A program made the position numbers and the translations under genes. Shown one piece after another: positions 19,747 to 42,740 of a stretch of DNA of 64,000 nt. A model generated the notes under the pieces. The model did no database searches. It saw only the letters and a program-made list of their open reading frames with translations, and was not told the origin of the DNA. This DNA is from an uncultured beta proteobacterium (GTDB lineage Bacteria; Pseudomonadota; Gammaproteobacteria; Burkholderiales; Casimicrobiaceae). Position 1 is the first letter of the stretch. Each line of letters begins with the position of its first letter. The DNA lies in contig CAWHXL010000007.1 in assembly GCA_963833295.1 (NCBI GenBank), positions 9,607-73,606 on the forward strand, written 5' to 3'.

Positions 19747-20925
19747 TCAGCGATACGGGTCGGCCGCGTCGCGCAGGCCGTCGCCGAAGAAATTGAAGGC
19801 GAGGATGACGACGATGACGGGCACGACCGGCAGCATCAGCCAGGGATAGAGCGCGACGACGTTGATGTTCTGCGCCTCGTTGAGCAGCACGCCCCAGCTC
19901 GTGATCGGTGGGCGCAGGCCGATGCCGAGAAAGCTGAGCGCGGTCTCGCCGAGGATCATGCCCGGGATCGACAGCGTCGCCGAGGCGATCAGGTGGCTCA
20001 TGAAGCCCGGCAGCAGGTGCCGCGCGATGATCCGCTTGGGGCGCGCGCCCATCAGCCGCGCCGCCGTGCAGTAGTCCTCCTCGCGCAGCGCCAGCAGCTT
20101 CGAGCGGACGGCGCGCGCGAGCCCCGTCCATTCGAGCATGGCCAGGATCGCGGTGATGCCGAAGTAGATGAGGATCGGGCTCCACGTCACCGGGAGCACC
20201 GCGGACAGCGCCATCCACAGCGGCAGTTCCGGGAACGAGCGGATGACCTCGATGACGCGCTGGATCACGAGATCCGCCAGGCCGCCGAAGTAACCGGCGA
20301 TGCCGCCGATGATCAGCCCGAGTGCGAAGCTTATCGCGATGCCGAGGAGGCCGATCGTCAGCGAAATCCTCGCACCGTAGAAGATCCGGGACAGCACGTC
20401 ACGTCCGAGCCGGTCGGACCCGAGCAGGAACAACGTCGCACCTTCCTCCGGGCACACGAGGTGGAACGACGCGTCGACCACACCCCAGAACGCGTAGGGG
20501 TCGCCGGAGCAGAGGAAACGCAGCGGATGGGGTCGCGACTTGTCTTCGGTGTAGTCGCGGCGCAGCGTCTCCATGTTGAGCGTCTTCTTGAGCTCATAGA
20601 CGAAGGGCCCGACGAAGCGCTTTTCGTGGAACCAGTGCACGCTCTGTGGCGGCGCGTAGATGAAGTCCGTGTGCCGCGTGTGCAGGTTGTAGGGGACCAG
20701 CACTTCGGTGACCAGCGTCGACCCGTACATGAGCAGCAGGATGATCCCGGAAACGACCGCGACGCGATGGCGCTTGAACTTCCACCACATCAGCATCCAC
20801 TGCGATGCGAGGTAGAAGCGCTCCTGCTCGGGGGTGAGGCGCGTGGCCGATGTCGGGTCGAACGGCGCCGTCGAGACGAAATGGTCCGGATCGTTCGCCA
20901 GCGGCGCGAGCTCTGCGATGCTCAT
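19747..20925 (-). CDS. peptide/oligopeptide ABC importer permease (YejE/OppC-like)
   Basis: MSIAELAPL starts at ATG 20925 within ORF 19747..21576. It has LGSDRLGRDVLSRIFYGARISL and the EAA-type region ARLMGARPKRIIARHLLP. Intact. ATGA overlap with the upstream gene. Confidence 0.85.
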   Translation of the reverse strand: MSIAELAPLANDPDHFVSTAPFDPTSATRLTPEQERFYLASQWMLMWWKFKRHRVAVVSGIILLLMYGSTLVTEVLVPYNLHTRHTDFIYAPPQSVHWFHEKRFVGPFVYELKKTLNMETLRRDYTEDKSRPHPLRFLCSGDPYAFWGVVDASFHLVCPEEGATLFLLGSDRLGRDVLSRIFYGARISLTIGLLGIAISFALGLIIGGIAGYFGGLADLVIQRVIEVIRSFPELPLWMALSAVLPVTWSPILIYFGITAILAMLEWTGLARAVRSKLLALREEDYCTAARLMGARPKRIIARHLLPGFMSHLIASATLSIPGMILGETALSFLGIGLRPPITSWGVLLNEAQNINVVALYPWLMLPVVPVIVVILAFNFFGDGLRDAADPYR

Positions 20926-21920
20926 CGGACCACCCCGCCCTGGAGCCTGATGCGCGGATCCAGCGCCATCAGCGCGAGGTCGGAAACCAGCACGCCGACC
21001 ACGATCATCAGCGCGAGGAACATCAGGAAGGATCCGGCCAGATACATGTCCTGGCTCTTGAGCGCATTGAGGAGCATCGGCCCGGCGGTGGGCAGCGACA
21101 GGACCACCGCCGTGATCTCCGTCCCGGAAATGATGTGCGGGAGGATGCTGCCGATGTCCGAGATGAAGAAATTGAGCGCCATGCGGAGCGGGTACTTGAA
21201 CAGCACCTTGCGCGGCGGCAGGCCCTTGGCGCGCGCCGTCACCACGTACTGCTTCTGCAGCTCGTCGAGCAGGTTGGCGCGCAACCGCCGGATCATGCCG
21301 GCGGTCGAGTGCGTGCCGATGACGATCACCGGGATCCAGCTGTGCTCGAGCACGGAGCGTGCCTTGGCCCAGGTCCACGGCTTGTCGATGAATTCCGGGC
21401 TCATCAGGCCGCCGATCGACGTCCCGAACCACACGTTGGCCAGGTACATCATCACGAGCGCGAGCATGAAGTTGGGAATGGCGATGCCGAGAAATCCGAT
21501 CAGCGACAATCCGTAGTCGCCCCAGCTGTACTGGTGCGTCGCCGAATAGATCCCGATCGGGAAGGCCACGGCCCACGTGAACAGGATGGTGATGCCCGAC
21601 ACGATGATGGTCAGCAGCATGCGGTCGCCGATCACCTTGGTCACCGGCAGGTTGAACTCGAACGAATAGCCGAAATCGCCCTTGAGCATCCCGTACACCC
21701 AGTACAGATACTGCTCGATGAGCGGCTTGTCGAGCCCGTAGTACTCGCGCAGGAACGCGATCTTCTGCGGATCGACCGATTCGCCCTGCGCCTGCAGCTC
21801 GGCGATGTAGCTCTCGAGGTAGTTGCCGGGCGGCAGCTGGATGATCACGAAGACGATGATGCTGATCGCGATCATCGTCGGGATCATCAGCAGCAGGCGG
21901 TTGATGACGTAGCGCAGCAT
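20922..21920 (-). CDS. peptide/oligopeptide ABC importer permease (YejB/OppB-like)
   Basis: MLRYVINRLLLMIPTMIAISIIVFVIIQLPPG starts at ATG 21920 within ORF 20922..23828. It contains YVVTARAKGLPPRKVLFKYPLR. Intact. Confidence 0.85.
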   Translation of the reverse strand: MLRYVINRLLLMIPTMIAISIIVFVIIQLPPGNYLESYIAELQAQGESVDPQKIAFLREYYGLDKPLIEQYLYWVYGMLKGDFGYSFEFNLPVTKVIGDRMLLTIIVSGITILFTWAVAFPIGIYSATHQYSWGDYGLSLIGFLGIAIPNFMLALVMMYLANVWFGTSIGGLMSPEFIDKPWTWAKARSVLEHSWIPVIVIGTHSTAGMIRRLRANLLDELQKQYVVTARAKGLPPRKVLFKYPLRMALNFFISDIGSILPHIISGTEITAVVLSLPTAGPMLLNALKSQDMYLAGSFLMFLALMIVVGVLVSDLALMALDPRIRLQGGVVR

Positions 21921-23828
21921 CAGAGGGGTTCCTTGCGATCGAACCAGAACGTGTCGGTGTGGTAGAAGCCGAAGTAAGCCCCCGGGTCCCAGCTGTAGAT
22001 GCCTTCGGTCGGGACGTTGCGCAGCGAGTTGGTCACGACCACCGGCTGCAGTGCGCGCGTGACGACGCCGATGGTGAAGACCTGCTGGGCGTGGATGTCG
22101 AGCATGCGCAGCCAGATCTTTTCGCGCTCGGCATCGCTGGACGAGACGCGCCACGCGTCGTAGAGGTCCACGAGCTCCAGTGCTTCCGGCATGTCCGGCG
22201 CCTGGCCGCCCTTGCGGTTGTTCTCGTAATACTGCCCCCACATCGGCCACTGCAGCTGCTCCTGCGCCGTGGGGGCGAGCTCGCGCGGGCTCATGTCCGG
22301 CGTCGGGATGCCGTTGTCGAGGCCCGTCCAGACCGACATCATCGACTTGCCCGAGTAACACGCGCTTGCGGAACACCTCGCGCTGCGAGGGCCGCGAAAA
22401 CAGGGCGATCCCCACCTTCCGCCAGCTGTCGCGCATCAGCTCGAGCACGTCGGTTTCCTCGGTGCTCTCGCCCGAGGTGTCGATCACGACTTCCATCGGG
22501 CGGCCGTCGGGCAGCAGGCGGAGACCCGTGGCATCGCGTTGGGTGAGGCCGAGCTCGTCCAGCAGCGCATTGGCGGCCTTCGGGTCGAACTTGGTCCACG
22601 CAACGGCGAACTCGGGCCGGAACAGCGGGCTGCGACGCAGCACGGTGTTGCCGGCTTCCCGGCCGAGGCCGAAATACACGACCTCGTTGATCTCGTGGCG
22701 GTTGGTGGCCAGCGACAGCGCGCGGCGAAAACGGACGTCGCGCATCAGTTTTCGCCATTCCGGGTCGTCCACGTTGAGGTTCGGGTACAGCGCGATCTGC
22801 GAGCCCAGCACCTTTTCCCACAGCAGCACGCGGTACTGGTTGCGCTTCTCGTTCTGTTTCAGGAACGTGTAGTTGTCGAAGCGCAGGTAGCGCGCCTGCA
22901 GATCGATGTCACCGGCGCCGGCCTTCGCCGGGATCAGCTTTTCCTCGCTGATGCCGACGACGACGCGATCGATGTACGGGAGCTGCCGGCCCGAAGCATC
23001 GACGCGGTGGAAGTAGGGATTGCGCACGAGCACGAACCGGGTCGAGGGCAGCGGCGTCGTGTTCATCCACGGCTCGAGCGTCGGCAGGTCGGGGTTGTCG
23101 AAGCGGTATTGCTCGTCCTTCTTCTGATGCAGCCCCGCCCAGCTGCGCGAGCCCGCGGCGGTCGCCTGCGCGTTCGCCTTCTCGAGACCGACGTACTTCG
23201 GATGGAACCTGCGCAGGTAGTGGGCCGGACGGTAGATGTAGAGCGGGCTCGGTCCCGCCAGCGCCGCGAGGAACTGCGGATTGGGCTCATCCCAGCTGTA
23301 GCGGATCGTCGTGTCGTTGAGGACCTCGAACTTCGGGCCCTTGTTGCGCACCAGCAGGGCTTGCGGCAGGCCGAACGGCGACAGTTCCTTGTTGTTGACG
23401 ACGTCGTCCCAGTAGTAGCGGAAATCGGCCGCGGTGAACGGCTGGCCGTCCGACCACTTGTGGCCACTGCGCAGGTGCAGCGTGAACACGCGGCTGCCTT
23501 CGTTGTCGAGCTTCTCCAGGATGTCGGGGACGATGCGCAGATTCTCGTCGTAGCCGACCAGCCGCGAGTAGCCGTAGACGACCATCATCCGGATGTCGCG
23601 GTCCTTGGCCATCAGCATCCGCATCTCGCCGCCGTAGACGCCTTCCGACCAATTCGGTCGCTTGAGGTCGACGACCAGCGGCGGGCGCGGGAGCCGGTCC
23701 GCGAGCGGCGGCAGCGCGCCGGCGGCGACGTCGGCCTTGAGCATGGGGGGTTCTTCCGCGCCTGCCGGGCACGCCAGCACCAGCGCGGCAACGATCGTGA
23801 CCAGGGACCGGAGGGTGCGCGCGATCAT
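21920..23828 (-). pseudogene. family-5 periplasmic peptide-binding protein (YejA-like), one frame change near 22340-22370
   Basis: It starts with the signal-like [24 protein letters not shown]. The long N-terminal part is in the frame of ORF 20922..23828. The C-terminal 140 aa (MMSVWTGLDNG...FWFDRKEPL) are in ORF 21920..22342. Confidence 0.8.
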
Positions 23829-25729
23829 GCGATCATCCTTTCGTGATGTTCACCCGGCTGGATCCGCACGCGGTGGCCGTCGCCGATGTCGACGAGCTCG
23901 CCCGCGCCCTCGGCGGTCCAGCAGAACGGCACGCGCCACTCCTGCGGGCTCCTCGCGGCGCCGTCCAGCACGGCGGCGAGATCGAGCTTGCGATTGAGGT
24001 CGGGGTAGGGCACTGCGGCCAGGAGGCCCAGCGTGTACGGGTGGACCGGGTTGCGGAAGAGCACTTCGCGCGGCGCGATCTCGACGATGCGCCCCGCGCA
24101 CATGACGGCGATCTCGTCGGCGATGTAGTCGACCACCGCCAGGTTGTGCGAGATGAACAGGTAGGTGAGGCCGAGCTCGGCCTGCAGGTCCTTCAGCAGG
24201 TTCAGGACCTGGGCCTGGATCGACACGTCGAGCGCCGATACGGGCTCGTCGCAGAGCACCAGATCGGGCTTCAGGGCCAGCGCGCGGGCGATGCCGATCC
24301 GCTGCCGCTGTCCTCCGGAGAAGCTGTGCGGGTACCGGTTGAGGAACCGCGGGTCGAGCCCGACCAGCCGCATCAGCTCCTTCGCCATGTCGGCGCGGTA
24401 ATGGGCGTCGCCGACGCCGTGGATGATCAGCGGCTCGCGCAGGATGTCGAAGACCGTCATTCGCGGGTTGAGCGAGCCGAACGGATCCTGGAAGATGTAT
24501 TGGACGCGCCGGCGGAAGCGCATCAGCTCGTCGCCATCGGCGTGCGCGACGTCGAGCATCCGCCCCCGGTCGTTGTAGAGGACCTCGCCGGCGTCCGCGT
24601 CCAGTGCGCGCATGATCACCTTGGACAGCGTGGTCTTGCCGCAGCCGCTTTCGCCGACGAGCCCGAAGCATGCGCCGCGGGGAATCGAAAGGCTGACGTT
24701 GTCGACGGCCCGGAACGAAGCTCCCTTGCGCTGGCCGAGAAGGCCGGTCGAGCGCAGCGTGAATGTCTTGCTGACGCCGCGCACGTCGAGATGGATCGAC
24801 GGAGCGTCGGCGGGCCACGGTTCGCCCTTCTTGACCAGGTCGCCGGCTTGATGGTCGATCGGTCGCACGGGGACGAGCCGCTCGCCGGGTTTCATGTCGA
24901 AATGCGGGACGGCGTTCAGCAGCGCCTTCAGATAGGGATGGGTGGGCCGTTCGTAGAGGGCCGCGATCGGGCCCTGTTCCATCACCCGGCCCTCGTAGAG
25001 GACGACCACTTCCTCGGCCAGGTTCGCGACGACGCCGAGGTCGTGGGTGATGATGAGCACCGCCATGTTGAGCTCGGCCTGGAGCTCCTTGACGAGCGCC
25101 AGGATCTGCGCCTGGATCGTCACGTCCAGCGCCGTGGTCGGCTCGTCGGCGATGAGAAGCGAGGGCCGGCACACCAGCGCCATCGCGATCATCGCGCGCT
25201 GGCGCAGGCCGCCGGAGAGCTCGAACGGGTAATTGGTGAGCGCGCGCGCCGGATTGGGAAAGCCCACGAGCCGCAGCATCTCCTCGGTTCGCTTCATCCC
25301 CTCCGCGTGCCCGATCTTGTGGTGCAGAAACAGCGCTTCGCTGACCTGGTCGCCGACGGTGTGCAGCGGCGACAGGGAGACCATCGGCTCCTGGAAGATC
25401 ATGGAGATGTGACGCCCCCGGATGCCGCGGATCGCCGCACCGTCGGGCGCGAGGCGCGTGATGTCGACCGGCGGACGGGTCGAATCCGGTGGGGAGAACA
25501 GGATCTCGCCCGACGTGATGTGGGCCGTCCTGGGCAGGATGCCCATCATGGCCTGCGCGGTGACCGACTTGCCCGATCCCGATTCGCCGACCAGCGCCAC
25601 CGTCGAGCCCACCCGGATCCGAAACGATACGCGGTCGAGCGCGGGCATCATCGTGCCGCGATTGTCGAATTCGATGGAAAGGTCCCGAACCTCGATCAGG
25701 TCTGCCAACCAGCTCTCCTCATGCAGCAA
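23825..25729 (-). CDS. double-NBD ABC ATPase of the peptide importer (YejF-like)
   Basis: Intact 634-aa ORF with two Walker A motifs ([18 protein letters not shown]) and two signatures ([16 protein letters not shown]). ATGA overlap with the binding-protein gene. Confidence 0.9.
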   Translation of the reverse strand: MLHEESWLADLIEVRDLSIEFDNRGTMMPALDRVSFRIRVGSTVALVGESGSGKSVTAQAMMGILPRTAHITSGEILFSPPDSTRPPVDITRLAPDGAAIRGIRGRHISMIFQEPMVSLSPLHTVGDQVSEALFLHHKIGHAEGMKRTEEMLRLVGFPNPARALTNYPFELSGGLRQRAMIAMALVCRPSLLIADEPTTALDVTIQAQILALVKELQAELNMAVLIITHDLGVVANLAEEVVVLYEGRVMEQGPIAALYERPTHPYLKALLNAVPHFDMKPGERLVPVRPIDHQAGDLVKKGEPWPADAPSIHLDVRGVSKTFTLRSTGLLGQRKGASFRAVDNVSLSIPRGACFGLVGESGCGKTTLSKVIMRALDADAGEVLYNDRGRMLDVAHADGDELMRFRRRVQYIFQDPFGSLNPRMTVFDILREPLIIHGVGDAHYRADMAKELMRLVGLDPRFLNRYPHSFSGGQRQRIGIARALALKPDLVLCDEPVSALDVSIQAQVLNLLKDLQAELGLTYLFISHNLAVVDYIADEIAVMCAGRIVEIAPREVLFRNPVHPYTLGLLAAVPYPDLNRKLDLAAVLDGAARSPQEWRVPFCWTAEGAGELVDIGDGHRVRIQPGEHHERMIA

Positions 25730-26033
25730 GACGGCCCGTCACGCGAGGCCGCGTTGCGGCACCCAGACCTGATCAGCCAATCCTGCGATCTCCCCGTAGG
25801 GGTGTTTTTGTTCCGCGACGCGGGCGCGGAGCCGTACGTCCGGCAGGTGCCTATTATCCGATACGCTTCGCCCGCTGCGGCGTCTGTCCGACTGGCGACA
25901 GAATGCCTGCACTCGGCCGCGGCGTCGAGTCCCCGGGGTCCGCCGGAAAGGATCGACGGACGCGACGATCGCCCCGGCACGGCGGTGGCAGGGGCGGGCA
26001 GGGGGGCGTCCGGTCGGCGCAGCGGGCAGGCCG

Positions 26034-27147
26034 CTAGCTGGATGGCGTGAGGCGGAACACGGGGACGGGCTGCGTGAAACCCTTGAGGGCGATCGGCCCA
26101 AGGCTCTCGACGTTCGCCGCGTCGTCGAGCGCCGCGCGCGTGCGCCGGTCGATCAGCACCTCCCCGGGACCCGCTTCGTTGGAAAGCCGGGCGGCGAGAT
26201 TGACGACGCTGCCGATCGCGGTGTAGTCGACACGGCCCTCGTAGCCGAACGCACCGACGCGTCGCGTAGCCCTGGGCGATGCCGATGCCGAGATCGAGCT
26301 CGTAGCCGAGCTTCGACCATCTCGCGCGCAGCGGACGGAACTGCTCCTGCATCCGATCGCCATGCCGGTGGCGCGCTGCGCGGCGTCCGGCACCGGCAGC
26401 GGATCGTTGAAGAAGATGAGGATGCCGTCGCCGGCGAAGCGATCGAGCGTCCCCTCGTATTCGACGATCGAGCGCGCCCATCGTCGTGTGGAAGTGCTGC
26501 AGCACCGCCTCGACCTCTTCCGGCTCGGCGGAGTCGGTGAACGCGGTGAAGCCGCGCAGGTCGACGAACACGTAGCTGATCTCCCGGCGGTGCGGAGCGA
26601 GAATCGACTTTTCGCCCGCCGAAACGATGGCGTCGGCGACGGCCGGGGCGAAGAAGCGCTTGAGCTGGGCCATGCCCTTGAGCTGCGCCACCTGCTCGGC
26701 GACTCGCTCCTCGAGCTTCGCGTTCCATTCCTTCAGCGCCTCGGCCTGCCGCTTCACCTCGTCCTGCAGCGATTTCACGCGCAACAGCGAGCGCACGCGG
26801 GCGAAGAGCTCGGCCTGGTTGATCGGCTTCGGCAGAAAATCGTCGGCGCCGGCCTCGATGCCCTTGACCCGCTCACCCTGCGGATCGAGCGAGGTCACGA
26901 GGACGATCGGCAGGAGCGCCGTCGCGGGATCGGCGCGCAGGTGCCGGCAAACGTCGTAGCCGGACAGGCCGGGCATCATCACGTCCAGCAGAATGAGGTC
27001 GGGCGATTCCGAGGCGACCTTGGCGAGCGCTTCCTCGCCGTTCACGGCGGTCGCGACAGCGTAACCTTTCACGCCGAGCAGGTCGGCGAGCAGCTTGACG
27101 TTGTGCGGCGTGTCGTCGACCACCAGCACTTTGGCCGGAGCGGTCAC
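26034..27147 (-). pseudogene. response regulator fused to a class III nucleotidyl cyclase (REC, coiled coil, CHD), frame-disrupted
   Basis: GTG 27147 overlaps the upstream stop (GTGA). REC: KVLVVDDTPHNVKLLADLL...DLILLDVMMPGLSG...FLPKPI. CHD: ISYVFVDLRGFTAFT..., then GTLDRFAGDGILIFFNDP in another frame, then RVDYTAIGSVVNLAARLSNEAGPGEVLI (ORF 26034..26393). Confidence 0.8.
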
Positions 27148-27515
27148 TTTCGGGTGCGCGCCAGCGTGTCGCGCACGGTGTCGAGGAACTCCTTGAGGTT
27201 GATCGGCTTGCCGATGTAGCCGTCGAATCCGGCTTCCGTGATCAGGTTGCGGTCCTGCTGCATGACGGATGCAGTGACCGCGATCACCGGAATGCCGGCG
27301 GTCGCCGGGTCGGCGCGCAGGACCTTGAGCGCCTCGATGCCGTTCATCCCGGGCAGCTGGATGTCCATCAGGACGAGATCGGGCTTGCGCTCGCCGGCGA
27401 GCGCGACGCCGTCCTCGGCGTTGCCCGCCTCGATCGTGGCATAGCCCTTCACCTGCAGCACGTCGCGGACGAGCTTCAGGTTCTTTTCGTTGTCTTCGAC
27501 GATCAGGTATCAGGC

Positions 27516-27519
<4 letters not shown>
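27144..27519 (-). pseudogene. single-domain response regulator (CheY-like), one frame change close to the start
   Basis: ATG 27519 overlaps the kinase stop (ATGA). After MSLI, an extra base at about 27506-27507 breaks the frame. The remainder, LIVEDNEKNLKLVRDVLQVKGY...DLVLMDIQLPGMNG...GYIGKPI, is ORF 27144..27461. Confidence 0.8.
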
Positions 27520-30972
<3,453 letters not shown>

Positions 30973-31065
30973 TGCATCACCTCGTCCGCGCGCAACAGCA
31001 TCGGCTGCGGGACCGCGAGGCCCAACGCGTTCGCCGCCCTGAGATTGATGACGAACGGACCGGCG

Positions 31066-31659
31066 TTACCACTCTGTGAGCCCCTCGAGCTCGTACAGCC
31101 GTTTCCAGCTGGCACGCGCGCGCACACGATCGGCCAATTGCCTGAGCGCCGGCCACTCCGTGGCGGGACGAGGCATCTTGCGCGACCAGCGCATCAGCAT
31201 CGTCAGGTACAGGTCGGCGCCCGAGAATTCGCCGCCAACCAGGTACGGACCGTTCACGACAAGGTGCGTTTCCAGGCGGCTCCACGCGCTCTCGATCCTG
31301 CGTTGCAGGGCCTCCCGCACTTGCGCAGCGTGCTCCGGCGCGCCGAGGTCCGGCGGGTAGAACCAGAATCGATACGTCGGCGCCAGCGTATTGGCGAGGT
31401 AGACCACCCATTGGTACCACGCCGCACGCCCCGGGCTGCCTGGCGCCGGCGCGAGACGCGCGTCCGGATGGCGCTCGGCGAGCAGCATCAGCAGCGCGGC
31501 GGATTCGGTCACCGGCGCGTCGTCGACGATCAGCGTCGGCACGAGGCCGTGCGGATGAAGCTTGAGGTAACCGGGGTCGCGCTGGGCGCCAGCGCCAAGA
31601 TCCACGAGCTCCAGCCGATAGGGCGCACCGATCTCGAGCAAGGCGAGGTGAACCACCAT
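31066..31659 (-). CDS. glutathione S-transferase (the N-terminus probably extends upstream of the listed Met)
   Basis: 197-aa ORF with LHPHGLVPTLIVDD...VTESAALLMLL. The same frame upstream reads IYTLYYSPGSAS, the usual GST first strand, but it has no start codon after the TAG at about 31706. Confidence 0.75.
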   Translation of the reverse strand: MVVHLALLEIGAPYRLELVDLGAGAQRDPGYLKLHPHGLVPTLIVDDAPVTESAALLMLLAERHPDARLAPAPGSPGRAAWYQWVVYLANTLAPTYRFWFYPPDLGAPEHAAQVREALQRRIESAWSRLETHLVVNGPYLVGGEFSGADLYLTMLMRWSRKMPRPATEWPALRQLADRVRARASWKRLYELEGLTEW

Positions 31660-31754
31660 GCTTGCAGACCCCGGGGAGTAGTAGAGCGTATAGATCGCGC
31701 AGCCCTATCGAGTGTGGCGGACGAGCTCGCTTGCAGGCGGATCCGGGCGCGCGA

Positions 31755-35606
<3,852 letters not shown>

Positions 35607-36786
35607 TCAATGCGGCCGGTCGAGCATCTCGGGCTCGATCTGCAGCGCGGTGAAATCGCTGTGCGTCCGCTGGGACTTCTTCTCGCCCTCGGGCTCCGCC
35701 AGCGCCATCGCGTCGACGCGCGCGGTCGGGGCGTTCTGGTTGATCAGCCAGGCGAGGTTCGTCGAGGAGTCGGACGCCGTCATCGCCTCCTCGTAGCCGA
35801 TCACGCCGTCGATGTAGAGGCGGCAGAGCGCCTGCTCGAACGTCTGCGATCCGGGGTAGAGCGACTTTTCCATCGCTTCCTTGATCTGCGTGATCTCGCC
35901 GTTCTTGACGAGCTCGGCGATGAGCGACGAATTGAGCAGGATTTCGACCGCCGGCTGCAGAAGACCATCCTTGTTGCGCACCAGCCGCTGCGAAACGATG
36001 GCCCGCAGGCCGATCGACAGGTCGGACAGCAGGCCCGAGCGCGCGTCGTACGGGAACATGTTGATGATCCGCGACAGCGCGTGGTAGCTGTTGTTCGCGT
36101 GCAGCGTCGTGAGGCAGAGGTGGCCGGTCAGCGTGTGCACCAGCGCCTGCTGCATGGTCTCGCGGTCGCGGACCTCGCCGATCATGATGAGGTCCGGCGC
36201 CTCGCGCAGCGCGTTGGCCAGCGCTTTCGTGTAGTTGTGCGTGTCGACGTTGAGCTCGCGCTGGTTCACGACGCTCTTCTTGTGCCGGAACAGGTACTCG
36301 ATCGGATCCTCGATCGTGAGGATGTGCCCCGTCCGGTGGGTGTTGCGGTGGTCGATCATCGCCGCCAGCGTCGTCGACTTGCCGGACCCGGTGGCGCCGG
36401 CGATGAGCACGAGCCCGCGCTTTTCCATGACGAGGTCGAGGAGCACCGGCGGCAGGTTCAGCTGGTCGAACGCCGGAATGTCGCTGCGGACGTAGCGGAC
36501 GACGATCGAGATCGTGCCGCGCTGGCGAAAGATGTTGATCCGGAAGTTGCCGACCTGGCGGATCGAGATGGGAAAGGTTCATCTCGAGCTCGCTCTCGAA
36601 CGTGCGCGCCTGCTCCTCGGTCATCAGCTCGTAGGCGACGCGGCGGACGGTGTCGATGTCCATCGGGCGATCGGACAGCGGCGCGACGACGCCGTTGACC
36701 TTGATGTTGATCGGCGCGCCGCAGGAAATGAACAGATCGGATGCCTGCCGCTCCGCCATCATCTTGAACAGTCGATCGAGGTACAT
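35607..36786 (-). pseudogene. pilU: type IV pilus retraction ATPase PilU-like, one frame change near 36570
   Basis: N-terminus MYLDRLFKMMAERQASDLFISCGAP (ORF 35407..36786). The rest is in the frame of ORF 35607..36446: LIAGATGSGKSTTLAAMI, ILTIEDPIEY, DLIMIGEVRDRETM, CLTTLHANN. Confidence 0.8.
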
Positions 36787-40959
<4,173 letters not shown>

Positions 40960-40980
40960 CGCAGGCGCGCCGGTCCGGGG

Positions 40981-41774
40981 TCAGGCCGGCGGCGGCGGCG
41001 TTCCCGGCGAGATCGTCAGCACCTCGTAGCCGTCGGGCGTCACCAGCACCGTGTGCTCCCATTGCGCGGACAGCGAATGGTCGGCCGTGACGATGGTCCA
41101 GCCGTCGGCCAGCGCGCGAATGGCCGCACGCCCGGCGTTGATCATGGGCTCGATCGTGAAGATCATCCCCGCCTGCAGCTCGAGTCCGGTGCCGGGCCGT
41201 CCGTAGTGCAGCGACCTGCGGCTCCTCGTGGAACTCGCGGCCGATTCCGTGGCCGCAGAATTCGCGGACGATGGAGAAGTGATGGCTCTCCGCGAACCTC
41301 TGGATCGTGTGGCCGACGTCGCCGAGGTGGGCGCCCTCGCCTGACGGCGCGGATGCCGCGCCACATCGCCTCGTACGTGACCTCGACGAGACGCCTTGCC
41401 TGGATCGACGGCGTGCCGACATAGAACATCCGGCTGGTGTCGCCGTGCCAACCGTCCTTGATCACCGTCACGTCGATGTTGACGATGTCGCCCGGCTTCA
41501 ACTTCTTGTCGCCGGGAATCCCGTGGCAGACGACGTGGTTGACCGACGTGCAGATCGACGCCGGATAGGGCCGGTGCCCTGGCGGCGCGTAATTGAGCGT
41601 CGCCGGCACGACGTTCTGCACGTTGACCTGGTAGTCGTGGGCGATGCGATCGAGCTCGCCGGTGGTGATGCCCGGCACCACCTGCGGGGCGAGATAGTCG
41701 AGAAGCTCCGCTGCGAGGCGGCCGGCCACCCGCATCTTCGCGATGTCGTCGGGCGATTTCACCGAGACTGGCAT
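40981..41774 (-). pseudogene. map: type I methionine aminopeptidase, about 2 frame changes
   Basis: MPVSVKSPDDIAKMRVAGRL...CHGIPGDKKLKPGDIVNIDVTV (ORF 41163..41840; ATG 41774), then [14 protein letters not shown]...FCGHGIG (ORF 40682..41422), then [10 protein letters not shown]...QWEHTVLVT (ORF 40981..41826). Confidence 0.85.
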
Positions 41775-41871
41775 GGCGTCGGTCGCATGCTGCCCAATGA
41801 ATGCGCGGAGCGACGCGCCGGGCCACGTGCGGGCCGGCAAGCGCCGAAGGCTCGGAACGCGAACGGCGCCA

Positions 41872-42711
41872 TCACGCGCGCAGCAATTCGTTGATGCTCG
41901 TCTTCGCGCGCGTCCGGGCGTCCACCTGCTTGACGATCACGGCGCAATAGAGCTGGCAGCGGCCCTCGCCCGAAGGCAGGCTGCCGGCGACCACGACCGA
42001 TCCGGAAGGCACGCGACCGTAGGTGACCTGATCGGTCGCGCGGTTGTAGATCTTCGTGCTCTGGCCGATGAACACGCCCATGCCGAGCACCGAGTTCTCC
42101 TCGACGATCACGCCTTCGACCACCTCGGAGCGGGCGCCGATGAAGCAGTTGTCCTCGATGATCGTCGGATTGGCCTGCAACGGCTCCAGCACGCCGCCGA
42201 TGCCGACACCACCGGACAGATGGACGTTCTTCCCGATCTGGGCGCACGAGCCGACGGTCGCCCACGTGTCGACCATCGTGCCCTCGTCGACGTACGCGCC
42301 GATGTTCACGAACGAGGGCATCAGCACGACATTCTTGGCGATGAACGCGCCGCGCCGCGCGACGGCAGGGGGGACCGCACGGACGCCCGTGGCAGCGAGC
42401 TGGTCGTCCGAGAGGCCGGCGAACTTCGTCGGCACCTTGTCGTAGAACGCGAACGGCTCCACGCTGCCCGCATGCCGCCCGAAACGCATCGGCGCGTTTT
42501 CGGCGAGCCGGAACGACAGCAGCACGGCCTTCTTGATCCACTGGTGCGTTGTCCAGACGCCGTTCACCTTCTCGGCGACGCGCAGATCCCCGCCATCGAG
42601 ATCGCTGATGACCTGCGCGATCGCTTCGCGGACGGCCGCGGGCGCAGTGTGCGGCGCGAGCGACGCGCGCGCTTCCCACGCGTGGTCTATCGCGGATTCG
42701 AGGTCGGTCAT
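41872..42711 (-). CDS. dapD: 2,3,4,5-tetrahydropyridine-2,6-dicarboxylate N-succinyltransferase
   Basis: [15 protein letters not shown] starts at ATG 42711, in the tail of ORF 41872..43713. It has hexapeptide repeats ([40 protein letters not shown]). About 279 aa, intact. Confidence 0.9.
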   Translation of the reverse strand: MTDLESAIDHAWEARASLAPHTAPAAVREAIAQVISDLDGGDLRVAEKVNGVWTTHQWIKKAVLLSFRLAENAPMRFGRHAGSVEPFAFYDKVPTKFAGLSDDQLAATGVRAVPPAVARRGAFIAKNVVLMPSFVNIGAYVDEGTMVDTWATVGSCAQIGKNVHLSGGVGIGGVLEPLQANPTIIEDNCFIGARSEVVEGVIVEENSVLGMGVFIGQSTKIYNRATDQVTYGRVPSGSVVVAGSLPSGEGRCQLYCAVIVKQVDARTRAKTSINELLRA

Positions 42712-42740
42712 GGCGGTGCTGGAAGACAAGGAGCGTGATT

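Noticed and set aside
25795-25822. A small hairpin plus T-run (ccccgtaggggtgtttttgtt) in the 304-nt gap upstream of the peptide importer, as a possible terminator or sRNA end.
   Set aside because: The stem is only 4 bp, and it lies on the plus strand while both flanking genes are on the minus strand. That is insufficient support.
25730-26033. ORF 25739..26101(-) in the gap between the cyclase operon and the peptide importer.
   Set aside because: The translation is Arg/Pro/Ser-rich without motifs. It overlaps the 3' end of the receiver-cyclase gene. The region is more simply the promoter and leader of the importer operon.
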